Origin: Candidatus Humimicrobiia bacterium
GTDB lineage: Bacteria; Actinomycetota; Humimicrobiia; JAHJRV01
Direction of reading: 5' to 3'
NCBI GenBank assembly: GCA_049647085.1
Contig: JBARXA010000007.1
Coordinates: forward strand, 47,060 to 111,059
Length of the DNA stretch: 64,000 nucleotides
Position numbers and translations under genes: made by a program. Below, piece after piece: positions 19,261 to 28,116 of the stretch. The stretch's first letter is position 1, and every line of letters begins with the position of its first letter. The notes under the pieces are model-generated. The model had not been told where the DNA came from, did not search any database, and saw only the letters and a program-made list of their open reading frames with translations.

Positions 19261-20040
19261 ATGGGAAATCTCAATGGAAAAGTTGCAGTCATAACTGGTG
19301 CTGGGCAAGGAATTGGAAGAGCAATTGCATTAAGACTAGCTGAAGACGGTGCTGACATAGCAGTATGTGATATTAGTGAAAAAACTGGTAAGAAAGTTGC
19401 TGATGAGGTATTAAAAAAAGGGCGGCAAAGTTTATTTGTAAAAGTTGATGTGACTAACAGTAAAATGGTTAAGGATATGGTAAAAAAAATCATTGATAGG
19501 TTTGGAAAAATTAATATTTTTGTTGCAAATGCTGCAATTTCACAAGTAAAAAAATTTCTTGATATAACTGAAGATGATTGGAATAAGATGATAACAACAA
19601 ATTTAACTAGTGTTTTTCTTACAGACAAAGCTGTAATACCATATATGCAAAAGCAAGGTGGTGGAAAAATCATTAATGCAGCAAGTATAGTAGGAAAACA
19701 GGGAGCAGCTTTGTTTTCACATTATAGCGCAGCAAAATTTGGAGTAATAGGTCTTACTCAAGCTTTAGCCAAAGAGCTTGCAGAAGATAATATTACTGTA
19801 AATGCATATTGCCCAGGGATAGTTGATACGCCTATGTGGAAGGTTGGTGAGGAAGGTGTTTCAAAAATATGGGGGATTAAGTCAGAAGATGTAACGAAAA
19901 AATATATAGAAAATACACTTCTTAAAAGAATTACAAAACCCGAAGAGATTGCCGGCTTGGTCTCATTTTTAGCTTCAGAGGATGCTAATTTTATGACAGG
20001 TCAATCTGTGGTATTAGATGGTGGTATTTGTATTATTTAA
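19261..20040 (+). CDS. Short-chain dehydrogenase/reductase, acetoin reductase / sorbitol-6-P dehydrogenase-like
   Basis: TGAGQGIGRAIA cofactor motif, NAA, the catalytic YSAAK, and CPGIVDTPMW as in BudC/SrlD-type SDRs. Confidence 0.9.
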   Translation: MGNLNGKVAVITGAGQGIGRAIALRLAEDGADIAVCDISEKTGKKVADEVLKKGRQSLFVKVDVTNSKMVKDMVKKIIDRFGKINIFVANAAISQVKKFLDITEDDWNKMITTNLTSVFLTDKAVIPYMQKQGGGKIINAASIVGKQGAALFSHYSAAKFGVIGLTQALAKELAEDNITVNAYCPGIVDTPMWKVGEEGVSKIWGIKSEDVTKKYIENTLLKRITKPEEIAGLVSFLASEDANFMTGQSVVLDGGICII

Positions 20041-20133
20041 TTATTTCTTTGAAATGTTTTATAAATTTATTTTTTAGATGGTATTAAAATCTCAAAAAGC
20101 TATCTATCTTAAATTTTAGTGAGGTGAGTAGGA

Positions 20134-21303
20134 GTGAAAAGAATTAAAGCAGGTTTTGTAGGTGCTGGATTTGTTGGTCCTATACATATTGAAAATTTAA
20201 GGAGACTTGGTATTGCAGATGTAGTTGCACTAGCTGAAATAGACCAAAAAAAGGCTGATGAATTAGCTGATAGATTAAGTATAAAAAAAGCTTATGGGAA
20301 ATGGGAGGACTTAATATCAGATGATGAAGTTGAGGTTGTGCACGTTACATGCTCAAATGATTTACATTACCCAGTATCTAAAGCATGTATCGAAGCAGGA
20401 AAGAATGTTATTTGTGAAAAGCCTTTAAGTATGAGTATAGAAGAAGCCAAGGAGCTTGTATCATTGGCTAAGAAAAAAAATGTTGTTAATGCTACTACTT
20501 TTAATATGGAATTCTACCCTATGGTAAAAGAAGCAATTGCTATGATATCGAGAGGAGATTTAGGCAGAATTTATTTGGTATTTGGTAGATTGTATCAAGA
20601 TTGGTTATCGAAGGATTCGGATTATAACTGGAGAGTTGAATCTAAATATCAAGGAAAGACTAGAGTTGTAGCTGATTTAGGTTCACATTGGTTTCATATA
20701 ATTCAAAAAATATTAAATAAAAGAATTATATCAGTCTTTGGTGATAGAACAATTTTCATCCCAGTAAGAAAAAGACCTACAATTGAAATCCCAACCTTTT
20801 TAGAACAGGAATTAAAACCAGGTGAATATGAGGAAATAGAGGTTGATACCGAGGATCATGCAACTGTGTTGCTTAGATTTGAGGATAATATAAAAGGTAT
20901 ATTTGTTGGATCTCAAGTTAGTCCAGGTAGAAAGAATAGATTAGAGTGGGAAGTTAGTGGTAGTTTGAAAAGCTTGGCTTGGCAACAGGAAGATCCTAAT
21001 CAACTTTGGATAGGCTATAGAAATAAAGCCAATGAATTATTATTAAGAGATCCGAGTCTATTAAGTGAAAATGTAAGGCAGTTTGCTTATTATCCAGGAG
21101 GACTTGCTGAAGGTTATGATGATTCTTGGAAAAATTTATTGAATAAGATTTATAAATATATATTGGAGGAAGGAAATTTAAAAGGAAAAGTACCAGATTT
21201 TCCAACTTTTAAGGACGGATATGAAAATATGGTTATTATAGAATCTATATGGCAAAGTATGAAAAAAAATGAGTGGATTGATATTAATTGGGAGTTGTAT
21301 TGA
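20134..21303 (+). CDS. Gfo/Idh/MocA-family NAD(P)-dependent oxidoreductase
   Basis: N-terminal Rossmann motif GFVGAGFVG, the diagnostic CEKP motif, and a typical C-terminal alpha/beta domain. GTG start after GAGGTGAGTAGGA. Confidence 0.85.
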   Translation: MKRIKAGFVGAGFVGPIHIENLRRLGIADVVALAEIDQKKADELADRLSIKKAYGKWEDLISDDEVEVVHVTCSNDLHYPVSKACIEAGKNVICEKPLSMSIEEAKELVSLAKKKNVVNATTFNMEFYPMVKEAIAMISRGDLGRIYLVFGRLYQDWLSKDSDYNWRVESKYQGKTRVVADLGSHWFHIIQKILNKRIISVFGDRTIFIPVRKRPTIEIPTFLEQELKPGEYEEIEVDTEDHATVLLRFEDNIKGIFVGSQVSPGRKNRLEWEVSGSLKSLAWQQEDPNQLWIGYRNKANELLLRDPSLLSENVRQFAYYPGGLAEGYDDSWKNLLNKIYKYILEEGNLKGKVPDFPTFKDGYENMVIIESIWQSMKKNEWIDINWELY

Positions 21304-21375
21304 TTTTTTAGATAAAAACTACTCCTAGAAAAACAATAAAATTTTTATAAAAGATTAATAATTATTGGCACAAGA

Positions 21376-22302
21376 GTGAACAACAATTTTTCTATTGGTG
21401 ATAATAAGGGTCTAATTTTCAACATACAGAGATTCAGTATTCATGATGGTCCTGGGATAAGAACAGTAATATTTTTAAAGGGATGTCCTTTAGTTTGTGG
21501 ATGGTGTTGTAATCCTGAGGGTCAGGATACAGAAATGGAAATAATGTTCCTAAGTGAGAGGTGTATAAATTGTAACACTTGTTACACTGTTTGTGATAAT
21601 GATGCAATCATAAAAAAGCCTAATAAGTATAGAGTCAAAAAAAAATTTTGTAATCTTTGTTGCGAGTGTATAAGAGCGTGTCCTTCCGGAGCTTTAAAAC
21701 TTGTAGGAAGATATTATTCTATAAATGAAGTTATAAAGGAGATTTTAAAGGATGAAATTGTTTATTACAGATCAAATGGAGGGATAACTCTTTCTGGTGG
21801 TGAGCCTCTTTACCAGTGGAAATTTTCATTAAATGTATTTAAGGCTTGTAAAGATTTAGGTATAAATACTGCCTTAGAAACATGCGGTTATGGACCTTGG
21901 GAGAATTTTAAAAAAATTTTAGAGCATGTAGACTGGTTATTTTACGACATTAAACATATTGATTCAGATATTCATAAATATTTAACAAGTGTAGATAATA
22001 AAATAATATTGAAAAATGCGAAAAGAGCTTCTGACTTGAATATAAATATGATTTTGCGTTTTCCAATAATATCAGGTATTCATGACAATGAACAGTACGT
22101 ATTAAAGATTATGAAGCTATCAAAGGAGTTGGGTATTAAAGAAATACATCTACTACCTTATCATAAATGGGGGGTTTCAAAATATAAAAATTTAGGTAGA
22201 CAATACAAATTTGTAGATTTGGAGAAGGTAAAGAATTCTACTTTAGAAAAATTAAATTTGATCCTGGAGTTGGATGGTTTTAAAGTTTCGATTGTAGAAT
22301 AA
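21376..22302 (+). CDS. Glycyl-radical enzyme activating enzyme (radical SAM) with two auxiliary ferredoxin-type cluster motifs
   Basis: Radical SAM motif CPLVCGWC (Cx3Cx2C) within GCPLVCGWCCNPE. Also CINCNTCYTVC and CNLCCECIRACP, plus the GGEPL SAM motif. This architecture is typical of activases for eliminase-class GREs. Confidence 0.9.
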   Translation: MNNNFSIGDNKGLIFNIQRFSIHDGPGIRTVIFLKGCPLVCGWCCNPEGQDTEMEIMFLSERCINCNTCYTVCDNDAIIKKPNKYRVKKKFCNLCCECIRACPSGALKLVGRYYSINEVIKEILKDEIVYYRSNGGITLSGGEPLYQWKFSLNVFKACKDLGINTALETCGYGPWENFKKILEHVDWLFYDIKHIDSDIHKYLTSVDNKIILKNAKRASDLNINMILRFPIISGIHDNEQYVLKIMKLSKELGIKEIHLLPYHKWGVSKYKNLGRQYKFVDLEKVKNSTLEKLNLILELDGFKVSIVE

Positions 22303-22637
22303 TTCTTTTTTAAGTATTTTTATTGAAAAGTTGGAATTATGGTTAGAGAGATTAACTTATTCCTCTAAACATTGAAGCTATTCTTAACTCTGTAAAAAAA
22401 GGAAAAGCAATTATAATATACAAGCCCATTCTCAGTGTTAGTTTCACTGATGAGATAGCAAGCCAGATTCAGCAGTTAGTCTTTGATTAACTAGATATGC
22501 CAATTTATAGAATAAATTCACCTAATGGAATTCATCCTAGTTCAGAGGCTTTAGAAAAGATATTTTTACCCAATTCAGAGGAAATAATAGAAGCTATAAA
22601 TTCATATATGTAACCAAGGGAGGTCTTAAAACAGAAT

Positions 22638-23600
22638 ATGGTTATTAAAGAATTATTATATAAAATTTTAAAATTATACTATCATGAACATCTGAAACAG
22701 AAAGAGATTGCTGAGAAGTTAAGTATTTCAAGATTTAAAGTTTCAAGATATTTAAATAAAGCATTAAATGAAGGTATAGTTAAGATATTGATTAATTATC
22801 CTGAAAATGTAGTAAGTTTTTCAGATTTGGAAAACAAAATAGAAAAGAAGATAGGTTTAAAAGAATGCATAGTTGTTCAAACTGCAGATGATATTGAAGA
22901 AATCTATAAGAAGATGGCAGTAAGATTGGTTGATCTATTAGAGAGATATGTAAGAATTGGTGATTATATTGGAATTAGTTGGGGTAGTACTCTTAAAGGG
23001 GTAGTAGATCATATTGATATTATTAAGAATATGAATATAAAAGTTGTGCCAATGGTTGGTGGGGTGGGTAAAATTGGAAAAAATAGTCAAACTACAAATA
23101 TAGTTGCGAAAATTTTAGCTGATAAATTTGGGGGCATAAATTTTATGATTCATGCGCCTGCAGTTTTAAACAGTGTGGAATTGAAAAAGGTGTTTTTAAA
23201 GGAACCCCATATTAACAAGATTTTTAAGATTATTAATAGAATACGGATAGCATTGGTAGGAATAAGTGATATTGGGTCAGAATCTAATTTACTTAAAACT
23301 GGGGTTTTTATTAAGGAACAATTCGATTATTTAAGAAAAAAAGGTGTAGTTGGTGATGTAAATTTAATTTTTATTGATAGAAAAGGCGAGCAAGTAGTTA
23401 CTGATTTAGACGATAGACTTATCAATTTTAATAAAGATGATTTAAAAAAGATTGAGAATGTTGTAGGAATTGCTTTTGGAGAAAGGAAAGCTGAGGCAAT
23501 TATATCTGCTTCTATTGGTAAAATTATAAATATTTTAATAACTGATAACATAACTGCTAAAAGAATTTTGAAATTACTTAATAGAAAAGATATTTATTGA
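22638..23600 (+). CDS. SorC/DeoR(Bsu)/CggR-family sugar-phosphate-binding transcriptional regulator
   Basis: N-terminal HTH (YYHEHLKQKEIAEKLSISRFKVSRYLNKA) and a C-terminal sugar-binding domain (GISWGSTL, VPMVGG, GISDIG, GDV). Confidence 0.85.
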   Translation: MVIKELLYKILKLYYHEHLKQKEIAEKLSISRFKVSRYLNKALNEGIVKILINYPENVVSFSDLENKIEKKIGLKECIVVQTADDIEEIYKKMAVRLVDLLERYVRIGDYIGISWGSTLKGVVDHIDIIKNMNIKVVPMVGGVGKIGKNSQTTNIVAKILADKFGGINFMIHAPAVLNSVELKKVFLKEPHINKIFKIINRIRIALVGISDIGSESNLLKTGVFIKEQFDYLRKKGVVGDVNLIFIDRKGEQVVTDLDDRLINFNKDDLKKIENVVGIAFGERKAEAIISASIGKIINILITDNITAKRILKLLNRKDIY

Positions 23601-23741
23601 TTAATTTATATAATTTTATAGACATAAGTTTGGAAAGATTTTTGATTAAAAGTGAATTATTCTTTAAGTATTTTAAAAATTTATAGTAATAATTATATTT
23701 CTTTTGAGATATATTAATTTTTTTATATTTTATAGAACTTT

Positions 23742-25823
23742 ATGCAAAATAAAAAAAATAAAAGTTTAAGAAAGTTAATGGACGAATCAGACCTTTATAT
23801 AGATAATTTAAAAACTTATCTTCGTCAGATGTTAGAGATAAGATTCTTTGAACAGAAAGTTTTTGAATTATTGAGTGGAGATATAATAAAAGGTGCATCA
23901 CATCTTTATGCAGGACAGGAAGCAGTTGCAGTAGGTGCTATCTCAGCTATTAAAGAGGATGATTATATAACAAGTACTCATAGAGGACATGGACATTGTC
24001 ATGCTCACGGTGATATGTTTTTAAAGACAAAAGAAGAGAAACAGAATCATTTAAACAAGATGATGGCTGAACTTTGTGGAAAGGTTACAGGATATTGTAA
24101 GGGTAGAGGGGGTTCAATGCATATAGCAAATGTTGAAAAAGGAAATTTAGGTGCAACTGGAATAGTCGGGAGTAATATTCCTGTGGCTACTGGAGCTGGT
24201 CTTTCAATAAGGTTAAGAAAAACTGATCAGGTTGTTCTTTGCTTCTTTGGAGATGGGGCATCAAATACAGGTGCTTTTTATGAATCATTGAATATGGCAT
24301 CAACTTGGAACCTTCCGGTTATATACATATGTGAAAATAACCTTTATGGTATGAGTGTCCCCTTCTCTAAAGCATCTAAGGTAAAAAATGTAGCAGATAA
24401 GGCTAAAGCATTTGATATGGAAAGTGATATCATTGATGGAATGGATGTAGTATCAGTGAGAGAAGCAATCAAAAAAGCAGTTGAAAAAGCTAGAAGGGGA
24501 GGAGGCCCAACACTTATAGAGTGTAAAACATATAGATATTATGGACATTCAAGAGGTGATCCTAGAATATATAGGACTAAAGAAGAAGAAGAATTATGGA
24601 AGCAAAAAGATCCAATTATAAAATTAAAAACAAAACTTTTAAATGAAGAAATTTTTAATAAAGAAGAGATAGAAGATATTGAAAGAAATGCACTAAAAAG
24701 TATTGAAATTTCTACCAAATTTGCATTAGAAAGTCCTTTCCCAAGAGTGAATGATCTTTATAAAGATGTATATATTCCAGTCAAAGTTACGAAAAGGGAA
24801 ATTGAAGAAGAAACTAAACTAAGAGAATTAATTAAAAAAGATAAAAATATTAGACAAATATATTATGTAGATGCATTAAATGAAGCAATTTATGAGGAGA
24901 TGGAAAGAGACAATAGAGTATTTGTATTAGGTGAAGATGTTGGAGTCTATGGAGGAGCATATCAAGTAACAAAAGGACTTATCCAAAAATTTGGGGAGGA
25001 AAGAATAAGAGATACCGCTATATCAGAGGCTGCTATTGCAGGAGCAGCAATTGGAGCTGCTATGACTGGTCTAAAACCAATTGCAGAAATAATGTATATT
25101 GATTTTTCTACAATAGCTATGGATCAGATAGTAAATATAGGTGCTAAAAATAGGTATATGTTTGGTGGAAAAAGTAAGATACCTATAGTAATAAGAACTC
25201 AAGGAGGAACTGGAAGGTGTATAGCAGCTCACCATTCTCAGAGTCTTGAAGCATTATGGCTTCATTTTCCAGGAATTTATGTTGTAATGCCATCAACTCC
25301 TTATGATGCCAAGGGATTACTTAAGACATGTATAAGAGATGAAAATCCTATTATGTTTATAGAACATAAAGAACTTTATGGAACAAAAGGCCCTGTTCCA
25401 AATTTTAAATACACTATTCCTTTAGGAGTTGCTGATATAAAAAAAGAGGGGCAAGATATAACAATAATTAGCTATTCAAGAATGGTTTTAAGATGTCTCG
25501 AAGCCTCAGAGGAGCTTTTGGACCAAGGAATAAATGTTGAAGTAATCGATTTAAGAACTCTAAAACCCTTGGACATAGATTTAATTATAAATTCTGTTAA
25601 AAAAACAGGAAGGGTAATAGTAGTATCTGAGGGATATAAGACTTGTGGATTTACTTCGGAACTAATAGCTTTGATAAATGAAATTGCTTTTGACTATCTC
25701 GATGCTCCTATAGTTAGATTAGCAGCTGCCGATGTACCAGTTCCTATGAGCGAAATACTGGAAAAAAATTCTATTCCGACCAAAGATGAGATTATTAATG
25801 AGGCTATAAGAATAATTTCGTAG
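23742..25823 (+). CDS. Fused E1 alpha+beta thiamine-diphosphate-dependent 2-oxoacid/acetoin dehydrogenase component
   Basis: 693 aa. The N-terminal half is alpha-like (YAGQEAV, TYRGHGH-type STHRGHGH, TPP motif GDGASNTG...ENNLYGMS). The C-terminal half is beta-like (VLGEDVG.YGGAY.VT, RDT.ISE, IEHK.LY). A linker of about 30 aa joins them. Confidence 0.85.
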   Translation: MQNKKNKSLRKLMDESDLYIDNLKTYLRQMLEIRFFEQKVFELLSGDIIKGASHLYAGQEAVAVGAISAIKEDDYITSTHRGHGHCHAHGDMFLKTKEEKQNHLNKMMAELCGKVTGYCKGRGGSMHIANVEKGNLGATGIVGSNIPVATGAGLSIRLRKTDQVVLCFFGDGASNTGAFYESLNMASTWNLPVIYICENNLYGMSVPFSKASKVKNVADKAKAFDMESDIIDGMDVVSVREAIKKAVEKARRGGGPTLIECKTYRYYGHSRGDPRIYRTKEEEELWKQKDPIIKLKTKLLNEEIFNKEEIEDIERNALKSIEISTKFALESPFPRVNDLYKDVYIPVKVTKREIEEETKLRELIKKDKNIRQIYYVDALNEAIYEEMERDNRVFVLGEDVGVYGGAYQVTKGLIQKFGEERIRDTAISEAAIAGAAIGAAMTGLKPIAEIMYIDFSTIAMDQIVNIGAKNRYMFGGKSKIPIVIRTQGGTGRCIAAHHSQSLEALWLHFPGIYVVMPSTPYDAKGLLKTCIRDENPIMFIEHKELYGTKGPVPNFKYTIPLGVADIKKEGQDITIISYSRMVLRCLEASEELLDQGINVEVIDLRTLKPLDIDLIINSVKKTGRVIVVSEGYKTCGFTSELIALINEIAFDYLDAPIVRLAAADVPVPMSEILEKNSIPTKDEIINEAIRIIS

Positions 25824-26149
25824 AGTTATTACTATTATGAATATACAATTTTTTTTAAAAATTAAAAATTTGTTATTTAAATAAAATCTCTAAAGTCTTT
25901 TTATTGTAATAGAAATAATATAAATAATGAGAATTTATATTCAATTTAGATGATAAATTAGACTATATTTTTTATATAACTTGAGTTGTTTTTTAACCAA
26001 AAATATTGTTAAGGTGCATTTAAAAAATAGAGTATATATTTTTATTGTTCTGAAAAAAGATAATAATTATTTAAAATATGAAATAAAGAAGGATTGTTAT
26101 ACTTTGAGATTTGGAGACTATATTAAATTGAACTATAAAATTCCTAAAA

Positions 26150-26770
26150 GGATGTTGACTTGGAACTCTACTGAACTGGTTTTGATAATTTTGGAAAAGA
26201 GAATAAACTCACATTAGTAAAAATTCTAGATATAAATCCTTACCAGCTTCTTGTTAGGATTGATGCAGCTGGTATCTGCTTTTCTGATGTTAAGATTATA
26301 AAATTGGGTGGAAAACACCCAACACTTTTGGGAAGGGACCTATCAAAAAATCAAGTTATTCCAGGTCATAAGGTTCCTATTACTATTGTAAAAGTAGGAT
26401 ATAATTTAAAAGAAAAATTTAAGATGGGTGATAGATTAATAGTAAAAACTAATATTTTTTATAAAGGTAAAAATTTAGCCTATGGATATAGGATTAAGAG
26501 AGGATATTCAATACGGTGTTATAGGTGAAGAGATTCCTCAAGGCGATGAAGGTTTTTACTTGATCCCATTAAAAAAGAAGATTGGCTATGCAGAAGCAGC
26601 TTTAACAGAACCTTAGACTTGTGCGGAAGACTCATATAATCTAATTTACAGAAAAAAATTAAAATCTAAAGGAATCTCTTTTATAATTAACTTTGCTAAA
26701 AATTTACCTTTTAAAAAGGTTTTCTTTCGTAAAATCATTGATTTTAAAAATTCTCCTCAAAAAATTATTA
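26150..26770 (+). pseudogene. Zn-dependent alcohol/polyol(-phosphate) dehydrogenase pseudogene (frameshifts plus an in-frame stop)
   Basis: Read across frames: TGFDNFGKENKLTLVKILDINPYQLLVRIDAAGICFSDVKIIKLGGKHP...IPGHK...FKMGDR...NLAYGY, then a +1 shift near 26500 to QYGVIGEEIPQGDEGFYLIPL..IGYAEAALTEP. A TAG at 26614-26616 sits where the family has Trp (EPWAC). The catalytic GHE is degraded to GHK. Confidence 0.6.
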
Positions 26771-27146
26771 TTAAGTGAAGTTAAAGATTTTTTAGACAGA
26801 GTTTGGAATTCTACTGAAAAATATGAAATTAAATTTATTATTTTAGAAGGTAAAGAAGAAATTCTTTTACCTACTTTTATAGAATCTAGAGAACAAATAT
26901 AAGGTTTATAGTAATTTGTAAACTTGTAGATTTTGAAAGAGAATTTCGGTTATATAGGATAGAGAAAAAAATAAATATTTAAAATTTGAAATTAAGTTTA
27001 CATAATATGTTTATCGGAAGTTAATATAATACCTAATAAAATATTAAATTTTTATATTAATAAAAAATTAAAGATTATATTATTTTGAAAAGATAAAATT
27101 AAAAAATAAAAAATTATTCATTATAACTATTTATTTAAGAGGTATC

Positions 27147-28049
27147 ATGCTAACGGGAATTCATTTTCTTCTAACTTATATGTGCAATTTAGAATGTGAT
27201 CATTGTTTTGTATATAGTGGACCGGATGCCAGGGGTACTTTCACTTTGGACCAAATACGGAAGGTTCTTAATGAAGCAACTAAGATTGGAACAATAAATT
27301 GGATATACTTTGAAGGTGGCGAGCCATTTTTATTCTACCCTATAATGATTGAAGGAATAAAAATTGCTCGCAGTATGGGGTTTAAAGTAGGTGTGGTAAC
27401 TAATGCGTACTACGCAACATCTGAGGAAGACATAGAGATTTGGCTCAAGCCTTTTTGTGAATTAGGAATATCTGATCTTAGCATAAGTGATGACTCATTT
27501 CACTATGAAGATGAAAAAGATAATCCTGCTAAACGAGCTTTAGCTGTGGCAAAAAGATTAGGCTTGCCTGCTGATGCGATTTGCATTAGGAAACCCACAG
27601 TTGAAATAGGCATAAACAAGGAGCAAGATAAGGGAGCGCCAGTTATTGGCAGTGGCGCTATGTTTAGAGGGAGAGCAGTTGAGAAGTTGGTAGAAGGGCT
27701 TCCGCAAAGACGGTGGGAAGAATTCACAGAATGTCCGTACGAAGATTTAAAAGAGCCAAAGAGAGTTCATATCGACCCATATGGTAATGTCCATCTCTGT
27801 CAGGGGTTGAGTATGGGAAATATGTGGGAAAACCCTCTGTCTATCATGGTAAGGAACTATAATGCTGATTCACATCCAATCTGTGGGCCTTTGGTTAGAG
27901 GAGGACCTGCTCTTTTAGCTAAAGAATACAATGTTGAGCATGAGGACAAGTATGTTGATGCATGTCATTTCTGCTACCTTATTCGCTTGGCTCTAATATA
28001 CAGGTTCCCGCAATACCTTGCACCAAAGCAGGTTTATGGGTTGGAATAG
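27147..28049 (+). CDS. Radical SAM protein of unknown function, located on a GC-rich islet
   Basis: 300 aa. CNLECDHC (Cx3Cx2C) lies near the N-terminus, with a FEGGEPF SAM motif. Extra C-terminal Cys residues (CPYED, HLCQG, PICG, CHFC) suggest an auxiliary cluster or twitch-like domain. Confidence 0.8.
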   Translation: MLTGIHFLLTYMCNLECDHCFVYSGPDARGTFTLDQIRKVLNEATKIGTINWIYFEGGEPFLFYPIMIEGIKIARSMGFKVGVVTNAYYATSEEDIEIWLKPFCELGISDLSISDDSFHYEDEKDNPAKRALAVAKRLGLPADAICIRKPTVEIGINKEQDKGAPVIGSGAMFRGRAVEKLVEGLPQRRWEEFTECPYEDLKEPKRVHIDPYGNVHLCQGLSMGNMWENPLSIMVRNYNADSHPICGPLVRGGPALLAKEYNVEHEDKYVDACHFCYLIRLALIYRFPQYLAPKQVYGLE

Positions 28050-28116
28050 CTGTTGACAACATAGGTTTACTATTAATCCAAATTGCAATTTTTACATTTT
28101 TTAAGATATTTTGTTT

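Noticed and set aside
22303-22637. Short reading frames in the gap between the GRE activase and the SorC regulator (...NSVKKGKAIIIYKPILSVSFTDEIASQIQQLVFD-stop; MPIYRINSPNGIHPSSEALEKIFLPNSEEIIEAINSYM-stop)
   Set aside because: They look like C-terminal remnants of a lost gene, but I cannot assign a family from these 35-40-aa pieces. There is too little evidence for a feature call. They are worth a TBLASTX check.
25981-26902. Three short ORFs (25981-26217, 26304-26528, 26693-26902) as independent genes
   Set aside because: 26304-26528 is one frame of the disrupted Zn-dehydrogenase. The other two are AT-rich fragments with no motifs or RBS, flanking or overlapping the same decay zone. I annotated a single pseudogene instead.
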